NCBI GenBank assembly: GCA_051859245.1
Contig: JBHYGA010000005.1
Location: 128,001 to 192,000 of the forward strand
From: Gemmatimonadaceae bacterium
GTDB taxonomy: Bacteria; Gemmatimonadota; Gemmatimonadetes; Gemmatimonadales; Gemmatimonadaceae
DNA: 64,000 nucleotides
Reading direction: 5' to 3'
This document shows, in pieces, positions 25,837 through 38,083 of the stretch; position 1 is the stretch's first letter; each line of letters starts with the position of its first letter. The position numbers and the translations under genes are program-made. The notes beneath the pieces are model-generated. The model was not told the DNA's origin. It worked only from the letters and a program-made list of their open reading frames with translations, and searched no databases.

Positions 25837-27198
25837 ATGCCCGTCGCTCATCAAAATCGTGACGTTCGTCACGCGCATCGTTCGCTGACGCTCCTCGTGT
25901 GGCGCGCACTGCTGGCGACGGCGTTGGTGGTGATGGCGCCATCATTCCGCGCGGTGTCGGCACAGACGCCCGCAACGAGTCAGGATTCGATCTTCAACGC
26001 CGCGATGAATCGTGCGTACGACGCACTGCGCGCCGGCGATTCAACAGCCGCGATCTCCGGATTTCGTGAAGCACTGCGACGCGATCCGTCGTCGGCGACC
26101 GCGCACTTTCAATTGGGTTACATACTGCTCGCGTTGGGACGGCGAGAAGACGCAGCGACCGAGTTTGAAGAAGGACTGGCGCGCGATTTTTCGCAGGAGG
26201 CACCACGTCGACAGCTTGGATATTTGTACGCAGATCTCGGCAGGCACCGCGACGCATTGCGCGTCTTCACGGGATTGCGTGACGATCAGAAAGCGATTCC
26301 GCGCGATTACGTCGCGATCGGCAACCTGTCGTCCATGTTGCGTGATCGTGCCGGAGCAGAGACTGCGTTCCGTGCCGCGATCGCCACGGGCGATACCAGC
26401 ATCTTCACGGATGCACGCCGCGGATTGCAGGGCGTGTCGCAAACCGGTGTTGGAGCTGGCTGGTTTGGTGAGTTGTATGCCGCGCCATTCTATCAGGATC
26501 GGTTTGACAACACCGTCGGACTTGGCTTCGCGCGCGCTGGCGTTCGCGGGGGCGGATGGTGGCGACCTGCGCTCTACGCATCGCTCCGTGTCACACGTGA
26601 TTCGCGCTCAACCGGCGGTCAGCAGCCCGTGTTGTTCAATGACAATACGCTGATTCCGGCGGTTGGTGTACGTGTGTCGCCCGGTGGCGTTGGACTCGCT
26701 CTCTACGCGGAAGCGGGCGCTGCGTATGATCTCGTTGGCGAACCGCGTGAGTGGACGCGCGATTTGCGCGCGGGCGCTAACTATGCGTTTGCGCATGAGC
26801 AGTCATTGCGCGACGGACGCGCGCCGCTGGTGATCACCGAGTTCTCGGCTGACGCCTCGTTTTACGAGCGATTTGATCGCAACGTGATTGCCTACGCGCA
26901 ACTGCGCGAATCCTTGCGGTTGTACAAGGGCAATCACGTGGCGTTCGATGTGTTTGGCCGAGCGTGGGGCGCGACAGACTCACGTGGTGAGTTTTTCAAT
27001 CGTGTGATCGAAGGTGGCGGCGGTGCGGCGTTGCATCTCAGCGTGGGCACCGTTCGTACGAGCGTGTACGTGGATGTACTGCGTGGCCGATACGTGCAAG
27101 CACCACCAGCGGCGTCGTCGCTGCCGCGCACGTATGACGACTGGCGCGTGACCATCGCGACTGGTCTGTTCCGCTTTCTGCCATTCGATCGCCCATGA
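25837..27198 (+). CDS. secreted TPR protein with C-terminal beta-barrel-like domain (NfrA-like export pore candidate)
   Basis: Signal peptide ending VSAQ, several TPRs (AHFQLGYILLALG, RRQLGYLY), amphipathic aromatic beta strands. Start uncertain (25807 or 25837). Confidence 0.65.
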   Translation: MPVAHQNRDVRHAHRSLTLLVWRALLATALVVMAPSFRAVSAQTPATSQDSIFNAAMNRAYDALRAGDSTAAISGFREALRRDPSSATAHFQLGYILLALGRREDAATEFEEGLARDFSQEAPRRQLGYLYADLGRHRDALRVFTGLRDDQKAIPRDYVAIGNLSSMLRDRAGAETAFRAAIATGDTSIFTDARRGLQGVSQTGVGAGWFGELYAAPFYQDRFDNTVGLGFARAGVRGGGWWRPALYASLRVTRDSRSTGGQQPVLFNDNTLIPAVGVRVSPGGVGLALYAEAGAAYDLVGEPREWTRDLRAGANYAFAHEQSLRDGRAPLVITEFSADASFYERFDRNVIAYAQLRESLRLYKGNHVAFDVFGRAWGATDSRGEFFNRVIEGGGGAALHLSVGTVRTSVYVDVLRGRYVQAPPAASSLPRTYDDWRVTIATGLFRFLPFDRP

Positions 27199-28740
27199 GC
27201 TTCCTCGACTGGTTCGTAGTTGTCATCGCTGTCTGCTACATAATTTTTGCGATTGACGACCTCATCTTTGATGCGACGTACTGGTTCGGCAAACTCATGG
27301 GGCTGGTGGGAACGTCCGCGCGTGCGACAGGCGGATCTTGACGCCGTTCCGCAAAAGAAAATCGCGTGGGTCATTCCGGCCTGGAGTGAAGACGAAGTCA
27401 TTGCCGGCATGCTCACGTACAATCTCGGACGTATTGACTACGACCGGTACGACGTGTGGGTTGGCACGTATCAGAACGATCCGGCGACGCAGCAGGAAGT
27501 GGCGAAGGTGGCGCAGTTTTCTCCGCGCGTGCGTTGGGTGGTCACGGATCACGACGGGCCTACGTCAAAAGCCGATTGCATGAACAACATCGTGGCGGGA
27601 TTGCAGCGCCACGAGTTGGCCACTGGCGAGCAATACGATCTGATCGTGATGCACGATCCAGAAGACATCATTCATCCGCTCGAGTTCAAACTCACCAACT
27701 GGTACTTCAGCACCGAAGAAGCGGATTTTGTGCAGCTGCCCGTGCTGTCCACGTCGCCCAAGTGGTATGACTTTGTGGCCGGCACGTACATCGATGAGTT
27801 CTCGGAGATGTACGCCAAGAACATGTACGTGCGTCAGCGGCTCACGCCGTTTGTGCCGAGTGCCGGCGTGGCGACCACGATGCGTCGCAGCGCGCTTGAG
27901 GAACTGATCGATGAAACCGGTGGGCTGCCCTACGCCGTAAACTCACTCACCGAGGATTACGACCTCGGTTTGAAAATGGCGATCGCGGATCGTCGGACGA
28001 AGTTCCTGTCGCAAAAAATCGAGGTGACGGACGAGGACGGCAAGACGCGGGAGGAGCTGGTGGCCACGTGGGCCCCGTTCCCCCACACGTTTGACACGGC
28101 GGTGCGTCAGCGGACGCGCTGGATGTCAGGCATCGTGTTTCAGGCCTGGGAGCACTGGAAGTGGCCCGGGACGCTGGGCCTCAAATGGGTGCTGGCGCAC
28201 GATCGCCGTGGGCCGTTTGGCTACCTCGTGGTGCTCTTTGGTTACCTGCTGGTCCTTGCGCTCGTGTCTTACGAGTGGGTGCGCACGTTCTACGACCCCA
28301 CGCTGCCCAAAGTGCTCCAGCATCCGGCATTCACGACGCTGTTCTTTATCGGCATCTTCTTCTTCGTCAATCGACTGTTGCAACGCGCAATCGCTGTGCA
28401 TCGCTTCTACGGTCTCGGACAGGCTCTTCTGGCCATATTCCGCACGCCGTTCAGCAACCTGGTCAACATGGTCGCGTCATTCCGTGCCGCGTGGCGCTAC
28501 TGGTACAGCCAGGCCACTGGCAAACCGATGACGTGGGACAAAACCTCGCACGCGATTCCTCCGGTGATCGCGCGGTCGTTGCGCATTGGTGAGCGACTGG
28601 TGCTGGCCGGAAAAATTACGCCGCAACAGTTGATGCTCGCACTTGGTGCGCAGCGCCAGCGTCCGCGTCCGATTGGCGAGATTCTGGTTTCGCAGGGCGC
28701 GATTACCAGCAGCGAACTGCGCGCCGAGCTGGGAGCCTGA
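27195..28740 (+). pseudogene. nfrB: NfrB-like GT2 glycosyltransferase with C-terminal MshEN domain, interrupted by a +1 frameshift near 27299-27302
   Basis: Frame 1 (27195-27341) gives MSFLDWFVVVIAVCYIIFAIDDLIFDATYW, the NfrB-type TM/DDLxxD segment. Frame 2 gives IPAWSEDEVI, GPTSKADCMN, HDPED, PSAGV, LTEDYDLG, RQRTRW, W.KT.H and tandem MshEN RIGERLV..G.IT..QL..AL..Q. Confidence 0.8.
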
Positions 28741-28741
28741 C

Positions 28742-29944
28742 ATGCCATTCGGCAAACAGCGCCGTACGTCAGCCAGCGTGCAGGTTTCGCGCGTTAAAGC
28801 ACCGGCGCGTATTGCGGTCGTTGTCGGCACGCGTCCTGAAGCGATCAAACTGGCGCCGGTGATTCGTGAGTTGCGCCGTCGTCCCGGTGCATTTGAATGT
28901 CGGGTGATTGCCACGTCGCAGCACCGCGAGTTGCTGGTGCAGGCATTGGCCGAGTTTGATATTGCGGCCGATCGCGATCTGGATCTGATGGAGCCCGGTC
29001 AATCACTCGGGCGTTTCGCGGCGCGCTGTCTGGAGTCGATGTCAAAGGCGCTCGTGCAGGAACAGCCGGATCTCGTGATGGTGCAGGGTGACACCACCAC
29101 TGTTGTTGCGGCCGCGATGGCCGCCGCCTATCAGAGCATTCCAGTTGCGCACGTGGAAGCGGGACTGCGTTCACACGATGTGAACAATCCGTTTCCCGAA
29201 GAGATGAATCGCAAAATCGCGGCTGCCGTTGCCGCGGTGCATTTCGCGCCCACGCCGCTTGCTCGACGCAACTTGTTGGACGAAGGCGTGGCCGCCGACC
29301 GTGTGGTGCTGAGCGGCAACACCGTGGTTGACGCGGTGCATGCACTCGACTTGTCGAACGCGTTACCGGCAGCGCTGCGCGATCTCGATCCCGAGCGCAC
29401 AATTGTGCTCACCACACATCGTCGAGAAAATCACGGTACGCCGCTCGCGCGCGTATGCGAAGCGGTGCGTCAACTAGTGCGCGATCGTCCGCATTTGCAG
29501 ATCGTATTTCCGGTGCATCCGAATCCGATGGTGGGCGCCGTGGTGCGCTCAGCGCTCGGCGGGTTGCCGCAGGTGCGGTTGATCGAGCCGCTCGCGTATC
29601 GGCCCATGCTGGCACTGTTGTCGCGCTGCAAGCTCATCCTGACGGACTCCGGTGGCATTCAGGAAGAGGCGCCGAGTCTGGGCAAGCCCGTGCTCATTTT
29701 GCGTGAGGTCACGGAGCGTCCGGAGGTGGTGTCGGCGGGCGCGGGTCGGCTGGTGGGTACGGACTCGGCGGATATCGTGAGCGCCGTGTCGCGTTTGCTC
29801 GATGATCCGGCCGAGTATGCGCGCATGGCGTCGGCCCGGAATCCGTTTGGCGATGGCCGAGCGTCGGTGCACATTGCCGACTGGCTGGAGACATTCCTGC
29901 TGGGGCGGAAGTTCACCCCATCGCACGTGGCGGCGCTGGCGTAA
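28742..29944 (+). CDS. wecB: UDP-N-acetylglucosamine 2-epimerase (non-hydrolysing)
   Basis: GTRPEAIKLAP, QGDTTT, HVEAGLRS, PFPEEMNR, TDSGGIQEEAP, NPFGDG. Confidence 0.93.
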   Translation: MPFGKQRRTSASVQVSRVKAPARIAVVVGTRPEAIKLAPVIRELRRRPGAFECRVIATSQHRELLVQALAEFDIAADRDLDLMEPGQSLGRFAARCLESMSKALVQEQPDLVMVQGDTTTVVAAAMAAAYQSIPVAHVEAGLRSHDVNNPFPEEMNRKIAAAVAAVHFAPTPLARRNLLDEGVAADRVVLSGNTVVDAVHALDLSNALPAALRDLDPERTIVLTTHRRENHGTPLARVCEAVRQLVRDRPHLQIVFPVHPNPMVGAVVRSALGGLPQVRLIEPLAYRPMLALLSRCKLILTDSGGIQEEAPSLGKPVLILREVTERPEVVSAGAGRLVGTDSADIVSAVSRLLDDPAEYARMASARNPFGDGRASVHIADWLETFLLGRKFTPSHVAALA

Positions 29945-30157
29945 GGACGCGCTCGGCGGGTTGTGACCGGCCGGTTGTCGCAGGCTCGGCCTCGCCGAGC
30001 GCCCGAGCTATTGATATCCAACGCGTCGCGTTGGCACCGCGTACCCGTTGTGGTCGCGCAACAGCATGCGGTGGCGATTCCACGCTACCTGTGGCATGTT
30101 GGACACAAAATGGCGGGCTGGACCCTCAGAACGGCGCCGAATGGCTGGGCTCGCCAT

Positions 30158-30174
30158 TCGGCACGGGTTGTGCA
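30158..30174 (+). promoter_or_regulatory. candidate sigma54 (-24/-12) promoter of the PEP-CTERM gene
   Basis: tcGGCACgggttgtGCa, GG-N10-GC spacing. PEP-CTERM genes commonly have sigma54 promoters. Confidence 0.55.
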
Positions 30175-30233
30175 CTAGATCACAAGTGAGAGGGTTCCGC
30201 TGTTCGTGGATGTCTTCAATACATGAGTTGGCT

Positions 30234-30962
30234 ATGTCATTTCGACGGATTTCTCAGTTGATTGTGGGTTCGGCGCTGGTGCTCGCGGTGCTGCCGGGCG
30301 TGTCACAGGCGCAGACGATCGTGACGTTCGATCCCGCAGCGCTAGGCTACGAAGGCGATTGCGAAGACAACGATCTCTGGGGCGGCGCTAACACGGCGAT
30401 TGGCGCTCACGCCGGCATGTTCTTCGGCGGCATTCACGCGCTGGACGTGCAGCATTATCAGAGCGATTGCTGGGGCGATAATCCGCCGGTCAACGGTTAC
30501 CTGGCAGCCGGTGAACCACTGGCGCCAATCCTTGGCCTGCTTCGCGCGCCAGGGTTCATCCAAAAGCAAGGCGGAGAGCTGTTCAACTTGCTGAGCATGG
30601 ACGTTGGGTCAGGCTGGACTGATGTGCGTCTGACCTTTCGCGGCTATAACGGCTGGGCCGACCAGAAGCTCAAACCGATTTATGAGACGTATTTTGATGT
30701 TGAGCCTTCGGGCCTGACGACTCTTGATTTCAATGGATGGTTCGGCGTACGGTATGTGGAGGTTGATTACACGTTCGGCAACAACGATCCGTACGGCATC
30801 GCTGAGCGAAGCGGCGAACCTGTCTATCAGACGTCGTTCATCGCCGGACTGACCGTAGACAACTACACCGAGCCTGTAGTCGTGCCGGAGCCCGGTTCGC
30901 TGGCGCTGCTCGGTCTTGGCCTGATCGGACTCGGTGCCGCCGCGCGTCGTCGCAAGGCCTGA
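30234..30962 (+). CDS. PEP-CTERM sorting domain surface protein
   Basis: Signal peptide (SQAQ); C-terminal VPEPGSLALLGLGLIGLGAAARRRKA. Confidence 0.92.
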   Translation: MSFRRISQLIVGSALVLAVLPGVSQAQTIVTFDPAALGYEGDCEDNDLWGGANTAIGAHAGMFFGGIHALDVQHYQSDCWGDNPPVNGYLAAGEPLAPILGLLRAPGFIQKQGGELFNLLSMDVGSGWTDVRLTFRGYNGWADQKLKPIYETYFDVEPSGLTTLDFNGWFGVRYVEVDYTFGNNDPYGIAERSGEPVYQTSFIAGLTVDNYTEPVVVPEPGSLALLGLGLIGLGAAARRRKA

Positions 30963-30987
30963 TCAGCGAGCGGTCGCGGTAAGGAAT

Positions 30988-31024
30988 CGGGCCCCCACGC
31001 CAGGCGTGGGGGCCCGTTCTATTT
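30988..31024 (+). terminator. intrinsic terminator
   Basis: CGGGCCCCCACGC..GCGTGGGGGCCCG followed by TTCTATTT. Confidence 0.75.
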
Positions 31025-31030
31025 CCTGCG

Positions 31031-31267
31031 GTTGCAGTTCCTGATTCGGTCATTCGGCCCAGTGGCGGGAGCCCAGGGCCATTTGGCCATTCGGCCTCTA
31101 ACTCTCGAAAGGCCGCACGGAACGTACGTCCCGCCCTGAAATCCTGGCCGCGAGCGGAGGGCTCACATCAGCATCTGTTCCCGGTGCCAATGTACGAAAC
31201 TGCGAGGCCAAAAGGCCAAATGGCCCTGGGCTCCCGCCACTGGGCCGAATGACCGAATCAGACTGCA
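31031..31267. repeat. long inverted-repeat element, family C (MITE/REPIN-like)
   Basis: ~65-bp arms GTTGCAGTTCCTGATTCGGTCATTCGGCCCAGTGGCGGGAGCCCAGGGCCATTTGGCCATTCGGCCTC and its reverse complement; second copy at 56445. Confidence 0.88.
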
Positions 31268-31735
31268 TTTTGGAGCGAGTCTGCCTATTGACTTGCCACG
31301 AGATATAGACGATTATAGGTGGCTGCGCGGATCTTTGGCCAAAAGCCTCAACTGCGCACATGCTGGCGACCTGCAGCCAGCCCTATGGGCCCACGCTTGC
31401 GTGGGGGGTGAGTTCCACAGGCAAGACACCGCCACGGACTCAATGCCGTTCCGGACTGTTCGCGTGATGCAAACAGTCTCCCGACAAAGAACGCAGGCAA
31501 TTTGACGTCGCTCGTGACATTCGGGGTTCCCGCAAGGGGCAACAATGATGCGAGAGGCGCGCTTGGGTCCCCACGCGTGTTACAGCAGCGCGATGCACCC
31601 GGCGGCCGCGGATGGATACCGGTCTCACGTGAGTGGGGCGTCCGGTCCAGCCGTTTTTGTTTTTGCTGTTTCCCGAGTTTCTGATATTGACCTTCGCTGG
31701 CGCGTGCATTCGCGCGTGACTCCGAGAGCTAAAGC

Positions 31736-33856
<2,121 letters not shown>

Positions 33857-33897
33857 GCCTTCATCTATTTACCTACTTCTTTCACACCGGACGCGTT

Positions 33898-35100
33898 ATG
33901 GGCAAGGCAAAGTTCGAGCGGAATAAGCCGCACGTGAACGTGGGGACGATCGGCCACGTCGACCACGGCAAGACCACCACGACCGCTGCCCTGACGAAGA
34001 TTTCGTCGGACAAGGGCTACGGCACCAAGTACATCGCGTATGACGAAGTCGCCAAGGCGTCTGAGTCGCAGGGCCGTCGCGATAGCACGAAGATCCTCAC
34101 GATTGCCACGTCGCACGTTGAGTACGAGACGGAAGCGCGTCACTACGCGCACGTTGACTGCCCGGGCCACGCGGACTACGTGAAGAACATGATCACGGGT
34201 GCCGCCCAGATGGACGGCGCAATCCTCGTGGTGTCGGCCGTTGACGGCCCGATGCCGCAGACCCGCGAGCACATCCTCCTGGCTCGCCAGGTGAACGTGC
34301 CCACGGTCGTGGTCTTTTTGAACAAGTGCGACCTCGTGGAAGACGAAGAGCTCCTCGACCTCGTCGAGCTCGAAGTTCGCGAGCTGCTCAGCAAGTACAA
34401 CTACCCGGGCGACGACGCTCCGGTGATCCGTGGATCGGCCATCAAGGCCATTGAAGGCGATCCGAAGTGGATCGCCCGTCTCGAAGAGCTCTACACGGCT
34501 CTCGATACGTTCATCCCGGAGCCGGTGCGTGAAATCGACAAGCCGTTCCTGCTTCCCGTGGAAGACGTGTTTTCGATCACGGGCCGTGGCACGGTTGCCA
34601 CTGGTCGTATTGAGCGCGGCATCGTGAAGGTTGGTGAAGAAGTCGTGCTCGTGGGCTTCGGCGCTGACAAGAAGACGGTTGTCACGGGTGTTGAAATGTT
34701 CCGCAAGCTGCTCGATCAGGGCCAGGCCGGCGACAACGTCGGACTCCTGCTCCGTGGCGTGGACAAGAAGGAAATCGAGCGTGGCATGGTGCTGGCCAAG
34801 GCCGGTTCCATCAAGCCGCACACGAAGTTCGCCGCCGAGGTGTATGTCCTCACGAAGGAAGAGGGTGGCCGCCACACGCCGTTCTTCAAGGGCTACCGCC
34901 CGCAGTTCTACTTCCGCACGACCGACGTAACCGGCACCTGCGAACTTCCGGAAGGCACGGAAATGGTGATGCCGGGCGACAACATCGCCATGAACATCGA
35001 GCTGATCATTCCGGTGGCCATGGAAGAGCAGCTGCGCTTCGCCATCCGTGAGGGTGGCCGCACGGTGGGCGCTGGTGTCGTGACGAAGATCATCGCGTAA
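33898..35100 (+). CDS. tuf: elongation factor Tu
   Basis: [33 protein letters not shown]. Confidence 0.98.
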   Translation: MGKAKFERNKPHVNVGTIGHVDHGKTTTTAALTKISSDKGYGTKYIAYDEVAKASESQGRRDSTKILTIATSHVEYETEARHYAHVDCPGHADYVKNMITGAAQMDGAILVVSAVDGPMPQTREHILLARQVNVPTVVVFLNKCDLVEDEELLDLVELEVRELLSKYNYPGDDAPVIRGSAIKAIEGDPKWIARLEELYTALDTFIPEPVREIDKPFLLPVEDVFSITGRGTVATGRIERGIVKVGEEVVLVGFGADKKTVVTGVEMFRKLLDQGQAGDNVGLLLRGVDKKEIERGMVLAKAGSIKPHTKFAAEVYVLTKEEGGRHTPFFKGYRPQFYFRTTDVTGTCELPEGTEMVMPGDNIAMNIELIIPVAMEEQLRFAIREGGRTVGAGVVTKIIA

Positions 35101-35169
35101 CCGGTAAGTCGGAGGGCAGCGCGCTCATCCTGCGCGGTGCCCTCCGACGTTCCTTTTTCGAGACTGAGC

Positions 35170-35478
35170 ATGGCAGGCCGTATCCGCATTCGCCTCAAGG
35201 CGTTCGATCACGCGGTGATCGATCAGGCATCCGCGGACATCGTGCGCACCGCTGAAAAGACGGGCGCCCAGGTGTCGGGGCCGATTCCGCTTCCTACGAA
35301 GACGCAGCGCTGGACCGTTCTGCGGTCGCCGCACGTGGACAAGAAGTCGCGGGAGCAGTTTGAACTCAAGACGCACAAGCGCATGATCGATATCCTCGAT
35401 TCGCGCGCGCAGACGGTTGACGCGCTCACCAAGCTGGATTTGCCGGCTGGTGTGGACGTCGAAATCAAGGTCGAATAA
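35170..35478 (+). CDS. rpsJ: 30S ribosomal protein S10
   Basis: [22 protein letters not shown]. Confidence 0.97.
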   Translation: MAGRIRIRLKAFDHAVIDQASADIVRTAEKTGAQVSGPIPLPTKTQRWTVLRSPHVDKKSREQFELKTHKRMIDILDSRAQTVDALTKLDLPAGVDVEIKVE

Positions 35479-35602
35479 GCCACACGGCCTTGGGTGGTAC
35501 CGGCATGACGGGAGTTGCTCGGAGGCAGTTCGGCCTCAGCCGCAACCGTCCACAGTCCAACGGCAGCGCACTCGGCGCTCCGCGACTACGCACGGAGAAA
35601 AC

Positions 35603-36283
35603 ATGATTGGTGTGATTGGCAGGAAGCTGGGGATGACCCAGCTGTTCAATGAGCTGGGGCAACAGATCCCCTGCACGGTGGTGGAGGCCACGCCGAATCC
35701 TGTCACCAAGGTGACGAAAAAGGAAACGGCTGGTTATGCGTCCGTCGAACTCGGCTTTGGCGCGCAGCGTATCGCGCGTGACAATGGCAAGGGTGAGCGC
35801 ACCCCGAAGGGTCGTCGCGCTCCCAAGGGCGAAGTTGGACACGCGGCGAAGGCGGGGCTTGATGCGCCGCCGTCGATTCTGCGCAGCTTCCGTCTCGACG
35901 ACGCGCCGGGCAAGCAGGAAATCCCCACGTACAATGTGGGCGACAAGATCACGGTCGACATTTTTACGGCCGGCGAAAAGGTGAAGGTGACGGGCACGTC
36001 GAAGGGCCGCGGCTTCCAGGGTGTCGTGAAGCGCTACGGTTTCCACGGCGGTCCGAACACGCACGGCAATACGAAGCACCGCAAGCCCGGCTCCATTGGC
36101 GCCGGCACGAATCCGTCGCGCGTCATCAAGGGCAAGAAAATGCCCGGACATTACGGCGCGGCGCAGCATACGGAAATTGGTCTCCGTGTTGAGAAGGTGG
36201 ACACGGAGCGGAATCTCATTTACCTGCGTGGCAGCGTGGCGGGGCCGATTAACGGCATCGTCCTCGTGCGCAAGCAGGGCTGA
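35603..36283 (+). CDS. rplC: 50S ribosomal protein L3
   Basis: GRKLGMTQ, SKGRGFQGVVKR; GGAG RBS. Confidence 0.96.
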   Translation: MIGVIGRKLGMTQLFNELGQQIPCTVVEATPNPVTKVTKKETAGYASVELGFGAQRIARDNGKGERTPKGRRAPKGEVGHAAKAGLDAPPSILRSFRLDDAPGKQEIPTYNVGDKITVDIFTAGEKVKVTGTSKGRGFQGVVKRYGFHGGPNTHGNTKHRKPGSIGAGTNPSRVIKGKKMPGHYGAAQHTEIGLRVEKVDTERNLIYLRGSVAGPINGIVLVRKQG

Positions 36284-36291
36284 CGCGCACG

Positions 36292-36924
36292 ATGACCATG
36301 AGCGAAACCCAGACCTTCGAAGCGCCGGTGTTTTCGGCGACCGGTGCAGCGCGCCAGCAGCGTGCGCTCCCGGCGGCGCTGTTCGACGGCACGATCAACG
36401 TGCCGGTTATGCACCAGGCAGTAAAGGCGTTCCTGGCCAATCAGCGCCAGGGCACGCACAAAACCAAAACGCGTGGTCAGGTGACCGGCGGTAATCAGAA
36501 GCCGTGGAAGCAGAAGGGCACCGGTCGTGCTCGTCAGGGCTCCACGCGCGCTCCGAACTGGCCGGGCGGTGGTACGGTCTTCGGTCCGATGCCGCGCAAG
36601 TACACCCAGATCGTGCCCAAGAATGTGAAGGCGTTGGCCCGCAAGAGCGCGTTCAACGCGCGTGCGTCGGAAAACGCGATCATGGTGGTGGAGGAGCTGA
36701 ACTACTCGGCGCCCAAGACCAAGGACATGCTCGCGCTGCTCGGCTCACTGGGTGTGGCGCACCGCAAGGTGCTGGTGCTCACCAATGGCGTAAAGCCGGC
36801 GGTTTATCTGAGCGCTCGCAACCTGCCCGCCGTGCACGTCATGCCGTACTCTGACGCCAGCACGTACCATCTCCTCTGGAGTGACGTGGTTGTGATCGAA
36901 TCCCCAGCACTGGCGGAGGGCTAA
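36292..36924 (+). CDS. rplD: 50S ribosomal protein L4
   Basis: RQGTHKTKTR, KPWKQKGTGRARQG. Confidence 0.97.
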   Translation: MTMSETQTFEAPVFSATGAARQQRALPAALFDGTINVPVMHQAVKAFLANQRQGTHKTKTRGQVTGGNQKPWKQKGTGRARQGSTRAPNWPGGGTVFGPMPRKYTQIVPKNVKALARKSAFNARASENAIMVVEELNYSAPKTKDMLALLGSLGVAHRKVLVLTNGVKPAVYLSARNLPAVHVMPYSDASTYHLLWSDVVVIESPALAEG

Positions 36925-36927
36925 TCC

Positions 36928-37215
36928 ATGGCCACGCTGCACCGCACCATTCTGCGCCCGTTGGTGACCGAGAAGACCTCGGCCTCCTACCAGGAGCGCG
37001 GTGAATACACGTTTGAAGTGGCCCCCGACGCCAACAAGCACTCCATCAAGGAGGCCGTTGAGCGCCTCTTCGGAGTCACGGTGGTCGGAGTGTGGACGAT
37101 GATCTCGCGCGGGAAGTCGCGCCGAGTTGGTCAGTCCATCGGCCGTCGTCCACACACCAAGAAGGCGATTGTGAAGCTCCAGGACGGAGATTCCATCGCA
37201 GTGTTCGAGGGCTGA
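36928..37215 (+). CDS. rplW: 50S ribosomal protein L23
   Basis: RPLVTEK, KKAIVKL. Confidence 0.95.
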   Translation: MATLHRTILRPLVTEKTSASYQERGEYTFEVAPDANKHSIKEAVERLFGVTVVGVWTMISRGKSRRVGQSIGRRPHTKKAIVKLQDGDSIAVFEG

Positions 37216-37220
37216 TCGCA

Positions 37221-38051
37221 ATGGGTATCCGTCAATTCAAGCCAGTGACCAAGAGCTCGCGGTTCCGCTCGGTCTCCGATTTCAAGGAGATCACGCGGTC
37301 CACGCCCGAGAAGTCACTGACCGCACCGCTCAAGAAGTCCGGTGGTCGCGACAATCATGGTCACATCTCGATGCGTCGCATCGGTGGTGGTCACAAGCGT
37401 CGCTATCGCATCATCGATTTCAAGCGCAACAAGCATGGCATCACGGCCACGGTTGCGCACATCGAGTACGATCCGAATCGCTCAGCGCGTATTGCGCTGC
37501 TCGAGTACGCGGACGGCGAGAAGCGCTACATCATTCAGCCCAAGGGACTGAAGCAGGGTGATGTGATCGTGTCGGGTCCGGGTGCGGATGTGCGCGTGGG
37601 CAATGCGCTGCCGCTCAAGGAAGTGCCGCTTGGTACCGCGGTGCACAATATCGAACTCAAGATTGGCAAGGGCGGGCAGATTTGCCGCTCCGCCGGCACG
37701 AGCGCGCAGGTGGTGGCTAAAGAAGGTGACTACGTCACGCTTCGTCTGGCGAGCACGGAAATGCGTTTGGTGCATGGCAACTGTGCGGCCACTATCGGTG
37801 AAGTTGGCAACGCGGAGCACGAACTCATTTCGCACGGTAAGGCCGGCAAGAGCCGTTGGCTCGGCAAGCGTCCGAAGGTGCGTGGTGAAGTCATGAATCC
37901 GGTCGACCATCCGCACGGTGGCCGGACGCGAGGCGGCCGTAACGTGGTGAGCCCGTGGGGCAAGCCCGAGGGCGTCAAGACGCGTCACAAGAAGAAGGCG
38001 TCGACGCGCCTGATCGTGCGCGGCCGTAAGCGTGGCAAGGCCACGAAGTAA
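37221..38051 (+). CDS. rplB: 50S ribosomal protein L2
   Basis: [33 protein letters not shown]. Confidence 0.97.
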   Translation: MGIRQFKPVTKSSRFRSVSDFKEITRSTPEKSLTAPLKKSGGRDNHGHISMRRIGGGHKRRYRIIDFKRNKHGITATVAHIEYDPNRSARIALLEYADGEKRYIIQPKGLKQGDVIVSGPGADVRVGNALPLKEVPLGTAVHNIELKIGKGGQICRSAGTSAQVVAKEGDYVTLRLASTEMRLVHGNCAATIGEVGNAEHELISHGKAGKSRWLGKRPKVRGEVMNPVDHPHGGRTRGGRNVVSPWGKPEGVKTRHKKKASTRLIVRGRKRGKATK

Positions 38052-38083
38052 CGCCGCCGACCAACGGAACCGAGAGCTCATCC

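Noticed and set aside
31320..31670. tmRNA, RNase P or 6S identity for the structured region
   Set aside because: No tRNA-like ends or tag peptide, no GAGGAAAGTCC-type RNase P motif, and too long and branched for 6S.
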